Below, piece after piece: positions 1 through 8,831 of a stretch of DNA of 64,000 nt. Positions within the stretch are counted from its first letter, which is position 1. Each line of letters starts with the position of its first letter. The position numbers and the translations under genes were made by a program. The stretch spans positions 20,785 to 84,784 of the forward strand of contig CACODD010000002.1 in assembly GCA_902625895.1 (NCBI GenBank), written 5' to 3'. Under the pieces are notes generated by a model. The model worked only from the letters and a program-made list of their open reading frames with translations. It did no database searches and was not told the origin of the DNA. This stretch comes from an uncultured Alphaproteobacteria bacterium (GTDB taxonomy: Bacteria > Pseudomonadota > Alphaproteobacteria > Methylaequorales > Methylaequoraceae).

Positions 1-567
1 AATTTTATTGTCATCAAATAGAACTATTAATTTATTTAACTTTTGGTGTCCTGCAAATGAAATTGCTTCTTGTGAAATTCCCTCCATCAAGCAACCATCA
101 CCGACAACAACCCAAGTTTTATGATCAACTAATTTACCATATTTTTTATTTAGAATTTTTTCTGCTAGAGCCATACCAACGCCGTTAGCCAATCCTTGTC
201 CAAGTGGACCAGTTGTAGTTTCAATACTTTTTAACAATCCGTACTCAGGATGACCTGCAGTTTTGCTGCCAAGTTGTCTAAAATTTTTTAATTGATTAAG
301 ACTACAATCTTTATATCCAACTAAATATGAAAGAGCATAAAGTAGCATCGACCCATGCCCAGCTGATAACACGAATCTATCTCTGTTTAACCATTCAGGT
401 TTGTATGGATCGAATTTAAGATATTTTGAAAATAAAACTGTTGCTACATCTGACATTCCAAGGGGCATTCCAGGATGACCAGAATTAGCTTTCTCCACAG
501 CGTCAATAGAGAGACCTCTAATTGCGTTAGACATATTTTGTAATTTTTTTTGTTCAAATTTATTCAT
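1..567 (-). CDS. tkt: Transketolase, N-terminal part (runs off the window edge)
   Basis: Not in the ORF track. Manual translation from ATG at 567 gives [37 protein letters not shown]..., [13 protein letters not shown] and the TPP motif GDGCLMEG. The start overlaps the upstream stop (TAATG). Confidence 0.97.
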   Translation of the reverse strand, partial: MNKFEQKKLQNMSNAIRGLSIDAVEKANSGHPGMPLGMSDVATVLFSKYLKFDPYKPEWLNRDRFVLSAGHGSMLLYALSYLVGYKDCSLNQLKNFRQLGSKTAGHPEYGLLKSIETTTGPLGQGLANGVGMALAEKILNKKYGKLVDHKTWVVVGDGCLMEGISQEAISFAGHQKLNKLIVLFDDNKI

Positions 568-1553
568 TACTTTTCAACTATAAATTTTCCAAATGCTCTT
601 GGTCCTCCTGAAGTTTCTATTTTTTTTTTTACACTAAAATCGTTTAAATTTATTAGAATAATATTGTCTTCAAACCAACACGCAACAACAATTAAATTTT
701 GAGTGTAACTTATATCAATTCCCTCAGGATATTCGCAAACATCAACTAATGTTTTGACATTTTCTTTTTTGTCCATGTTAATAATCGAGATACTGTCATC
801 TCTTTGGTTTGTGATGTATAAATAGTTATTTTTTTTATTGTGAACTACAGAATATGGCCACTTTCCGACTTTTATATTTTTTAGTAGGTTAAAACTCTTT
901 TTTTCAATGATCGATACAGAACTGGATTGAACGTTTGTGACGACAATATAGTCTAAATAATCTTCTGAATAAACTCCAAATGGTGAATCCTCAACATTTA
1001 AATATTTTAAAACCTCAAAATTTTCTGTGTTAATCACAGAAATATTATTACTTTCCCTATTTGCAACATAAAGTTTTTGATTTTTTTTATCAAAATAAAT
1101 GCCAGCTGGTGATTGACCTACCTTTATTTCATATTTTTTTTTCTTTGTTACTAAATCTATAACTGAAATAACACCATCATACCAATTAGACACAAAAATA
1201 TTATTTTTAGAACTATCAAATGAAATTCCAAGTGGACTGTTTCCTGCTTCAACAAAGAAATGTGAGTCATCATATAGATCTATAACTGAAATATTATTAC
1301 TATCAGGATTTGAAACAAAAATTTTTCTTGAGTCTGAATCAATAAATATCGCGGCAGGTTTCTTCCCTAACTCAATCTCTTTAATTTTTTCTTGAATTGT
1401 TAAATCAATTACATCTAGCATATTACTTTCTTGATTTGTAATAAACGCTAGTTCTCTTGGGATCAGAGGACTGAAACAAATAACAATTAATGAACAAAGA
1501 ATAAATTTAATTTTTTTCAATAATTTTTTTGAGTCCATTAAGATTTTCAACAA
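567..1553 (-). CDS. YVTN/YncE-family beta-propeller protein (MxaE-like), probably exported
   Basis: Repeated blades ([27 protein letters not shown]) and a hydrophobic N-terminus. The true start is uncertain by a few codons. Confidence 0.8.
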   Translation of the reverse strand: MLKILMDSKKLLKKIKFILCSLIVICFSPLIPRELAFITNQESNMLDVIDLTIQEKIKEIELGKKPAAIFIDSDSRKIFVSNPDSNNISVIDLYDDSHFFVEAGNSPLGISFDSSKNNIFVSNWYDGVISVIDLVTKKKKYEIKVGQSPAGIYFDKKNQKLYVANRESNNISVINTENFEVLKYLNVEDSPFGVYSEDYLDYIVVTNVQSSSVSIIEKKSFNLLKNIKVGKWPYSVVHNKKNNYLYITNQRDDSISIINMDKKENVKTLVDVCEYPEGIDISYTQNLIVVACWFEDNIILINLNDFSVKKKIETSGGPRAFGKFIVEK

Positions 1554-2034
1554 TAAAAATTTTTACTTTTTTCTTTGAATTCTCGTCATTAAGCTCTGCT
1601 GGCGGATCATTGCCCATGAACCCCCTATAAAATCCGCTTTTATAGATGACTTTAGTTTTATTATCGCTTGGTTTAACAAAAATTTTTGCAGAGTAACTGT
1701 TTACGGGTAAAACTTTATTGTCAGTTTCTATTATTCTCCAGTTAATCATCATTTTGCTTTCATCTATTTTTTCAAGCTTTTGTTTAATACTTACACCTGA
1801 TTTGAAAAAAATGGTTCTCTCTGCACCAACATCATTTGAGCTTGCACTTATTTTTTCTACACTTTTGTTCCAATTAAAGTTATTAAAATCACTGACAATT
1901 TTCCATACTTCATCTGAAGAAGCATTAATCTCGATGGATTCTGAAACCTTTTGCCTAGAAGGACCATGACCATCAGTAGGTGTTGAGAGCAAAAGAATAA
2001 CAAAGAGAATTATTGAGTTTTTCAAATATGACAT
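1507..2034 (-). CDS. mxaD: SRPBCC-family periplasmic protein, MxaD-like
   Basis: Signal peptide followed by HGPSRQKV-x-ESIEINA, plus the C-terminal FYRGF..NDPPAELNDE recalled as typical of MxaD-like proteins. Confidence 0.7.
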   Translation of the reverse strand: MSYLKNSIILFVILLLSTPTDGHGPSRQKVSESIEINASSDEVWKIVSDFNNFNWNKSVEKISASSNDVGAERTIFFKSGVSIKQKLEKIDESKMMINWRIIETDNKVLPVNSYSAKIFVKPSDNKTKVIYKSGFYRGFMGNDPPAELNDENSKKKVKIFIVENLNGLKKIIEKN

Positions 2035-2050
2035 AATTAATCCTGTTAAA

Positions 2051-2245
2051 TTATAAAACCTTAAACTTATTTTTATCTTCTAAAACTGATAATGCAACTA
2101 AGATTTCTGAATTTTCGTCATTTATTTCTGCAATGACAGCATGAATTACTCCAGAAATTGTTTTTAATCTCTTAACTTTATATTGAGTTCTATTGAACTT
2201 TCTTTCTGAAACTTTCTGAACTATTTTATTAAGTATAAAATCCAT
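2051..2245 (-). CDS. Small hypothetical protein (64 aa)
   Basis: ATG-started ORF filling the gap at the head of the minus-strand run; no recognisable motif. Confidence 0.6.
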   Translation of the reverse strand: MDFILNKIVQKVSERKFNRTQYKVKRLKTISGVIHAVIAEINDENSEILVALSVLEDKNKFKVL

Positions 2246-2299
2246 TAAAAAATATGTTATCTTATTTTCATTAATTAATAGTATAATTAATAATTTACA

Positions 2300-4792
2300 A
2301 TGAATAAATTATTAAACATAGTTTTATCAAATCCAAAAAAAACTTGTTACTTATTCGTTTTTATTTCTTTAATTTCTTTAACAGTTATCTCTAATCTTAA
2401 AATAAATACATCAACTGATTCACTTATAAACGAAAATTTAGATTTTAAAAAAAATCAAAAAAAACTTAAAGATTCCTTTAAAGTTCTTAAAAATAATCTT
2501 TTAATAAGAATTAAGGGTGAAAATTATGATGAAGTAAAATTTGCAAGTGAAAAGTTTGTGAAAAAGTTGAATGCATTAGATGGTGTGTCTTTCATTTTTT
2601 CACCAAATCTAGATAAAAATCTGAAAAAAAATTTTTTTCTTTTTCTGAATGATTTTGAAAAAGATAATTTGATACAAAAAATATATGAATCACAGCCTTT
2701 TTTATCACAAATAAACAATCATGAGAATAAGTTGGAAGGTTTAAATAATATTTTAGAATTATCATTAAAATCAGATTCAAAAGAAGATAAAGATGGTTTC
2801 GCCAATATATTCAAAATTTTTAATGAATCTCTTTTATTAAAAAAAAAAGTTGAGTGGTCAAATATTTTATCCTCTCAAAAAAATGAGTTTTTTATTCTTT
2901 TTGGATTATCTGAAGAATTTCTCGAAAAAAATTCATTTAAAGTTATTTATGAATTTCTTAATAATTTTAAGTCCGAACAAAGCCCTAGTATAAAAGTAGA
3001 TTACACTGGAGGGTTGTTAATTGACTATGAAGAAGTTGCATCAGTTTCTTCTGGAGCCTCATTTTCTGGTTTGCTAAGTTTTGTATTGGTAGCAATCTTA
3101 CTTTGGATAGCATTTAAAGACCTGTATTTATTGTTTTCGATGGTTTTAACTATTATTTTGGGTTTAGTTATTACTCTTGGAATCACAACATTAGTAATTG
3201 GTTCATTAAATCTAATCTCTGTAGCATTTGCTGTACTTTTTATAGGTCTTTCTGTTGATTATGGGATTCAAATTTGCTCAAGAATTAAAGAGAAGAATTT
3301 TTTAACAAATGAGATTGTTAAAGAAAAAACAAAAATAATTGAGTCAATTGGGAAAATATTATTTATTGCCTCAATTCCTTCTATAGTAGGTTTTTTGTCG
3401 TTCATTCCAACTGATTATGTTGGTTTGTCTGAACTTGGTATCATTTCAGCAATCGGTTTGTTTGTTGGACTAATCTTAAACACATTTTTTTTACCGTGTT
3501 TACTTGGACTTTTTTTAAAAAAAAAAAAAAATGGTTTCATAGAGTTGAATTCGAATCTTTATGAAAGTTTTTTAATTAATAATAAAAATAAAATATTAAT
3601 AATTTTTTTTATCATTGTTATTTATTCGTCTTTCAATTTAAGTAAGATAACTTTTGATTCAGATGCTTTAAACTTAAAAGATCAAGAGCTGCAATCTGTG
3701 AAACTTGCTAAAGAGTTAATTGATAACAATCCGACATCGGATTATATTGCCTCTGTAATTTTTACAGAAAAAGAATTAAAGAGTTTCAAACACGACCATC
3801 CAATTTTTCAGAATGATATTGTGAGTGGTTATTTTTCTTATGAAAAAATTTTTGAAAAGTACGAATCAGGAGATTTGGATTATCTTAAATTCTTACTTTC
3901 TAATAAAAAATTTGAGAGTCCTTCAGAAGGGGGGAACCAAAAAGCAAGGTTTAGTTTACTTCTTGACAAATATATTCATGGAGAATTTGGTCAAGTGTCT
4001 CTGAATGCAAAACTCTTAAAAGATAATATTTTAATATTTCAAAGTAATAAAATCTCAAACCTTGAAATTGAAGAAATCTTTTTTGGGAAATTTGATGATC
4101 TCATATCAAATATTTTAAATCTGGGTTCTATTCCAGATAATTTATCTAGTCAAATACCCGAGAATTTTAGAAACAGATATATATCTGATAATAATTTATA
4201 TCGTGTTGAAATTTTTCCAAGTCGAGACTTATCGAAACCTGAGGATTTAAAAGAATTTGTAAGTACTATAGAGACTTTTTTTCCAGGTGCTACAGGTATG
4301 CCTGTAGTCCAATTTAATGCAGGAAAAATAGTTGTTGATTCGTTTAAACAAGCTTTAATAATTTCACTATTTTTCTTAATTATATTTTTATTTTTTATTT
4401 TCAAAAAGGTTAATTATGTTTTAGTTTGTATAAGTTCGTTGGTTTGTGCATTCATATTAACAATTTTTTTTATGATAGTTTTAAAATTAAACTTTAATTT
4501 TGCTAATATGATTGCGATACCGTTGCTTTTTAGCTTAGGTGTAAGTTATCCAATATATTTTATAAAGCGATTTGATGAACTAGGAGATTTTAAAAAATTA
4601 TTTTCTTCTAACACGCCGATAGCAATTTTATTTAGTGGCTTAACAACAATTTTTTCATTTAGCACATTATTTTTCTCTTCACATAATGGAACATCTTCAA
4701 TGGGTCTTTTATTATTTATTTCATTATCAAATACATTGATAACTAGTCTTATTTTACTACCAATTTTTATTAAAATATTTAGAATTAAATGA
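2300..4792 (+). CDS. hpnN: MMPL/RND transporter, HpnN-like (hopanoid-associated)
   Basis: 830 aa with two TM clusters; LNLISVAFAVLFIGLSVDYGIQ, PTDYVGLSELGIIS, NFANMIAIPLL and SSHNGTSSMGLLL match the HpnN pattern. Confidence 0.75.
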   Translation: MNKLLNIVLSNPKKTCYLFVFISLISLTVISNLKINTSTDSLINENLDFKKNQKKLKDSFKVLKNNLLIRIKGENYDEVKFASEKFVKKLNALDGVSFIFSPNLDKNLKKNFFLFLNDFEKDNLIQKIYESQPFLSQINNHENKLEGLNNILELSLKSDSKEDKDGFANIFKIFNESLLLKKKVEWSNILSSQKNEFFILFGLSEEFLEKNSFKVIYEFLNNFKSEQSPSIKVDYTGGLLIDYEEVASVSSGASFSGLLSFVLVAILLWIAFKDLYLLFSMVLTIILGLVITLGITTLVIGSLNLISVAFAVLFIGLSVDYGIQICSRIKEKNFLTNEIVKEKTKIIESIGKILFIASIPSIVGFLSFIPTDYVGLSELGIISAIGLFVGLILNTFFLPCLLGLFLKKKKNGFIELNSNLYESFLINNKNKILIIFFIIVIYSSFNLSKITFDSDALNLKDQELQSVKLAKELIDNNPTSDYIASVIFTEKELKSFKHDHPIFQNDIVSGYFSYEKIFEKYESGDLDYLKFLLSNKKFESPSEGGNQKARFSLLLDKYIHGEFGQVSLNAKLLKDNILIFQSNKISNLEIEEIFFGKFDDLISNILNLGSIPDNLSSQIPENFRNRYISDNNLYRVEIFPSRDLSKPEDLKEFVSTIETFFPGATGMPVVQFNAGKIVVDSFKQALIISLFFLIIFLFFIFKKVNYVLVCISSLVCAFILTIFFMIVLKLNFNFANMIAIPLLFSLGVSYPIYFIKRFDELGDFKKLFSSNTPIAILFSGLTTIFSFSTLFFSSHNGTSSMGLLLFISLSNTLITSLILLPIFIKIFRIK

Positions 4793-5258
4793 TTTCCCAG
4801 TTTCCGTTTTTATCTCTACATGCTGAAGAATTCTCTTCAAATATTTCATTATTTTTTTTAATAATCTTTTTAAAATCTCTACAATCTCTATTTTTCATTT
4901 TATAATTATTAAGTGGGATTACTTCACCAGTAATGTTCTGATTCTCATTACTTTGCCATTGTTCACTTGCATTATCGGGAGTAAAGTTAAGAGAATTTTC
5001 AATCACGTTATTAAATTCTACTCTTTCTTTTTTACTTAAAACCTCTACAATTTTACCACCTAAGATATATCCAGCTGCACCACCTAAAATAACAGAAATA
5101 TCTTTTGTAGCTCCAGAACCGACCTTAGAACCAAGATAACCTCCTACTGCTGCGCCAATAATTTGACCAAATACCTTTTTATCACTTGTATTTTCACATG
5201 AAACAATCAATAAAATTAAAGAAAATATTAAAATTTTAGTTCCGTTCATCTTATACAT
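4785..5258 (-). CDS. 17-kDa surface antigen-type lipoprotein (glycine zipper; RT0821/Lpp0805 family)
   Basis: Lipobox-like LIVSC, glycine zipper GAAVGGYLGSKVGSG and C-terminal CRDF...ACRDKNGNW. Confidence 0.85.
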   Translation of the reverse strand: MYKMNGTKILIFSLILLIVSCENTSDKKVFGQIIGAAVGGYLGSKVGSGATKDISVILGGAAGYILGGKIVEVLSKKERVEFNNVIENSLNFTPDNASEQWQSNENQNITGEVIPLNNYKMKNRDCRDFKKIIKKNNEIFEENSSACRDKNGNWEII

Positions 5259-5277
5259 CTAATAATTATCTAACAAA

Positions 5278-6597
5278 CTACAACTTTTCCTCAACATCGA
5301 ACCCTCTAAAACATTTGAATCTTGGAAACCTTAAACTCCAGTGTTCACCATCCTGACTTTTACTAATAGAATCTGCCTTAATTTCTACAATTTGACCAAT
5401 TAATTTATTTCTATTTTTCCAAAAAGATTCTCTTTGTTCGTCTGAAAATCCAGAACCTATATTCAATCTAAAAAACTTATCATTGTCAACGCCTTCAGCT
5501 ATGATTGCTCCTAATTTACCTGCATTTCTTCCAGTTCCTTCTTCAAAATCTTTTACTTTAAGAGATATTTCTATGACCGGTTTTAATTTTAACCAGGTTG
5601 TAGATCTTTTGCATTCATAAAATGATTCTGGATCTTTTATCATAATACCTTCGTAACCTTGAACTATAGATTCATTGTTAAAACTTCTAAAAGCAGACAG
5701 GCCCTCAGGACAATCAAGATTAATAATTTTTTTTTTAATCAATTTAATTTTATCTGAATTCTTAATAAAACTATCATACCAATTTTTTAAATTTAAAGTT
5801 CTTAACTTATAGGATTTTTTGTAAACACCAACTTTGAATTTTTCAAATGGAAGAAAATCAAATAAAAATAGTGTAGCGTCTGGATTTTGAATAACTTCTT
5901 TTCTATGAATCTGTTTCATTAGCTCCTGAAAATTTTTGCTTACAACTTCTCCGTCAACTACTATTGCTTCTTCTAAGCGGTTAATACTAATTTTTTCTCT
6001 TAATTCTTCTTGTAAGTTATTAAAATTTGTTAATTCTTTTCCATTCCGACTGAACATGTCGACTTTTCCGTTTGGATATAAAACTGTAATTACTCGCACG
6101 CCATCTAACTTTACTTCAAGAATCTTTTCTCCAGTAAGTTTTTTCTGATGTAATTCTGAATCTTGTGCTAATTGACACGCAAAAACTGGAATTATATATT
6201 CATCAAAACCATTTTTTTTTGCTACATTGTTTATAGTTCTCTCTGAGAGCCCACATCTCATGTCTTTTTGTAAAATCCTTTTATAAAAAAAATTCCACTC
6301 ATCTTCGTGTGATTTCTCCATTTTTTCAAAAATTTCATCTCTTGCTGCATGACCAGTTAATTTTCTAGATAATAATTTGTCAGCTAATTGACTAAATTCT
6401 TCCCATGCTAAACCATCTCCGTCTGATTCAGATTTGGGAACTTTTTTAACACCGAAAGTTAAAAGTTTATTGTAAGCTAGGCTCATTCCATTAAAAAATA
6501 TCTGGTTGTTATTTTTCATTTCTTTAAGGATTATTTCTTCTTTTGATAACCGAGAATTTGTCGACTCAAGTTTTCTAATGATTTTAAAATTTTCCAT
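5278..6597 (-). CDS. ATP-dependent DNA ligase (phage-like / Prochlorococcus LigP-like)
   Basis: Motif I EVKLDGVR, III VDGEV, IIIa LFDFL, IV EGIMIK, V WLKLK, VI LRFPRF; helical N-terminal extension; no signal peptide. Confidence 0.92.
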   Translation of the reverse strand: MENFKIIRKLESTNSRLSKEEIILKEMKNNNQIFFNGMSLAYNKLLTFGVKKVPKSESDGDGLAWEEFSQLADKLLSRKLTGHAARDEIFEKMEKSHEDEWNFFYKRILQKDMRCGLSERTINNVAKKNGFDEYIIPVFACQLAQDSELHQKKLTGEKILEVKLDGVRVITVLYPNGKVDMFSRNGKELTNFNNLQEELREKISINRLEEAIVVDGEVVSKNFQELMKQIHRKEVIQNPDATLFLFDFLPFEKFKVGVYKKSYKLRTLNLKNWYDSFIKNSDKIKLIKKKIINLDCPEGLSAFRSFNNESIVQGYEGIMIKDPESFYECKRSTTWLKLKPVIEISLKVKDFEEGTGRNAGKLGAIIAEGVDNDKFFRLNIGSGFSDEQRESFWKNRNKLIGQIVEIKADSISKSQDGEHWSLRFPRFKCFRGFDVEEKL

Positions 6598-7324
6598 CTA
6601 ATATATTTTGAATACTTATTTGATATCTACAATATTTACAACTATTTTCACTGACTGGAACCTTATCATAATTTAAAGTTTGATATATTCTATCAAGAGT
6701 TGGTTCGATCCATGTTTGGTCAAGCTCCCTCTCGAAAATCAATAATTGAAAATCAATTATTTCTGATGAGTTTGGAATATCCTTAGAAGCATTTAAATAA
6801 ACAAGTATACCTGCTGAACCTACTTTCACTGAATTTTTTTTTAAAAGAAAAGAATATAAAGAGAGTTGTTTCCAGTAACCTGGCCAAATATTTTCTGAAC
6901 TAATATTTTTTTTACGTGATGTACTTTTAATAATAACTGGATAATTGTTTCCAGTTTCTTTACATAGCCAAATATCGTCAAGATTAGCTTTAATTTTTAA
7001 GTTTGTCTTTTTATCAATATAACTTATTCCTTTAAATGGATGTGTCCAGTTATCTAGTGATTCGTTGCTAATAGGAACTAATTTCTTATTTATGATTTTT
7101 GTTTCTGGTATAACTTTTTCTAGACTGCGATATTTATTCAAAGTATTTTTGAAATGACTTACAACAAAGTTATTGATAACCAAAGGTGTACCATGAGGTC
7201 TTTTTATGCCATGTTTTTGGTCTAAGTAAAAACATCTGTTACAATCGAAAAATAAATCAATTTTTGATCGATTTATTGCAAATGGTAAAAGATTATTTTT
7301 AATATATAATTTTTTTTTCCACAC
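6584..7324 (-). CDS. PD-(D/E)XK (RecB/Cas4-like) nuclease-fold protein with a degenerate catalytic motif
   Basis: SKIDLFFDCNRCFYL at the N-terminus, LDDIW, IIK in place of DYK, QLSLY (QxxxY) and C-terminal CKYC. Confidence 0.75.
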   Translation of the reverse strand: MWKKKLYIKNNLLPFAINRSKIDLFFDCNRCFYLDQKHGIKRPHGTPLVINNFVVSHFKNTLNKYRSLEKVIPETKIINKKLVPISNESLDNWTHPFKGISYIDKKTNLKIKANLDDIWLCKETGNNYPVIIKSTSRKKNISSENIWPGYWKQLSLYSFLLKKNSVKVGSAGILVYLNASKDIPNSSEIIDFQLLIFERELDQTWIEPTLDRIYQTLNYDKVPVSENSCKYCRYQISIQNILDGKF

Positions 7325-7479
7325 TTAATTTTACTTTTTTTTTTAAACAATTTGAATATAGTTAATATAACAAAAAGTTCTTATTTATCTAAATACAAAA
7401 ATTATAATTACAGATTATAAAAAATTAATTGGTTTAAAATTAAAATTGACAATTTTTTTTTTTTTGAAATTATCACTTT

Positions 7480-7854
7480 ATGTACTTATTATTTCTTTTC
7501 TTGATTCCAAAACTAGTTTTTTCACTTGAGCTCAATTTAGTATGTACTAATAATAACGCACTAACAAATGAAGTAGATGTAAAAGATATTTTTTTATTAT
7601 TGAACACCGACAATAAAAGAGTTGATTTAGGTGGTTTATCTTTTGAGGCTGATAATATTTTAGTAACAAAATCTAATATTTCATGGTTTTCTAAAAACAT
7701 CGAGCTTTATCCAGAGTCAAATGGATCTGTCTCAGGAATTCTAGGAAGATATTCAGGTGAGTTGGTACTTAATTTTAAACGTGAAGACAGTCAAAAAACG
7801 AATTCATTGATTTTTAATTGTAGGAAATTTGCTATTAAAGACAGAAAATTTTAA
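7480..7854 (+). CDS. Hypothetical exported protein
   Basis: Signal-peptide-like N-terminus and two Cys at opposite ends; its stop overlaps the convergent gene's stop. Confidence 0.65.
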   Translation: MYLLFLFLIPKLVFSLELNLVCTNNNALTNEVDVKDIFLLLNTDNKRVDLGGLSFEADNILVTKSNISWFSKNIELYPESNGSVSGILGRYSGELVLNFKREDSQKTNSLIFNCRKFAIKDRKF

Positions 7855-8831
7855 TTTGCAAATATCTTTTCTTTCTCTATGAATTTAGTTAATAATCTTA
7901 CATGAAAAGTTTGTTGAAATTCATCATTTTTATGATCTAACTTTGGAAACATTCTTTTTACATTCTCAAATTGTATTAAATAATTTTCAGGTCTTACTTT
8001 TGAAATTTTTTTTAAATACCGATCGGGCATCCTAAACTTGCCTAGAGTAACCGAGTGAATTTTATTTTTGTCAATTAATTCAAAAACATTTTTAAAGAAT
8101 TCTTCATAGCCTCCTATTTGTTCACAGTAAATTAATGGATCGAATCTTAAGCCAATTGACCAGCCTAAATTTTGTAGTTTGATTATTGCTTTTAATCTTT
8201 TTGTAAGACTTGGTGTTTTATCTTCAAATTCTTTTACCACATATTCAGGATTAAGACTAAAAGCAGGTATTACATTTGCCACTGGTTTAATTTTTTCAAA
8301 GACTTTAATATTTATACTTTTTGAACGTATTTCTAATACACCTTTTTTTATTCCTTCAAAATACTTTATGAATTCTTTAAGAAAGTTTGTAACATTTTCA
8401 AGTGCCAAACTGTCGGAGTCGTAACCTGAAAAAAAACATGAATATTCTTTATTGTTTTCAGCTATTTTTTTTATTTTAGAATAGAAATCTTCGTAATTTA
8501 CAAATAAAACATAATTGGCCGAGTTAAACATTCCCTGAAGAAAACAGTATTTACAATCATAAGGACAATTAAGGAGATGAGAAAAATAATAATTATTTTT
8601 AAATCCAATAGTAAACTTTTTAGGTGCTTTAAGTATAAAGTTTTTTTTTTTATATGCTAATATTAACGAAGGTGTTTTTTTTTGAATCCTAAAATTTTGG
8701 TTATTTGCATTAAAAACTTCAGAGTAGGAATTACAATATATAATATTTTTATATTTAATTCTTTTGATAATGTTATACGTATTGGGATGCGATTTTGCAG
8801 CATTTTCAATATATATTGTATCAATTTTCAT
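7851..8831 (-). CDS. Spore photoproduct lyase-family radical SAM protein
   Basis: CPYDCKYC (CxxxCxxC) followed by FLQGMF; FFSGYDSDSLALE, EIRSKS, SLNP and GLRFDPLI are SplB-like segments. Confidence 0.85.
   Translation of the reverse strand: MKIDTIYIENAAKSHPNTYNIIKRIKYKNIIYCNSYSEVFNANNQNFRIQKKTPSLILAYKKKNFILKAPKKFTIGFKNNYYFSHLLNCPYDCKYCFLQGMFNSANYVLFVNYEDFYSKIKKIAENNKEYSCFFSGYDSDSLALENVTNFLKEFIKYFEGIKKGVLEIRSKSINIKVFEKIKPVANVIPAFSLNPEYVVKEFEDKTPSLTKRLKAIIKLQNLGWSIGLRFDPLIYCEQIGGYEEFFKNVFELIDKNKIHSVTLGKFRMPDRYLKKISKVRPENYLIQFENVKRMFPKLDHKNDEFQQTFHVRLLTKFIEKEKIFAN

Noticed and set aside
2270..2291. Inverted repeat ATTAATTA-N6-TAATTAAT in a divergent promoter
   Set aside because: All-AT arms in a very AT-rich genome; not distinguishable from chance, and not CtrA spacing.
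6584..7324. Cas4 / CRISPR adaptation gene
   Set aside because: No cas1, cas2 or repeat-spacer array was seen, and the Cys layout is 2+2 rather than the Cas4 1+3 pattern.
5278..7854. Prophage or mobile element around the phage-like ligase
   Set aside because: No integrase, terminase, structural genes, att repeats or obvious compositional break.
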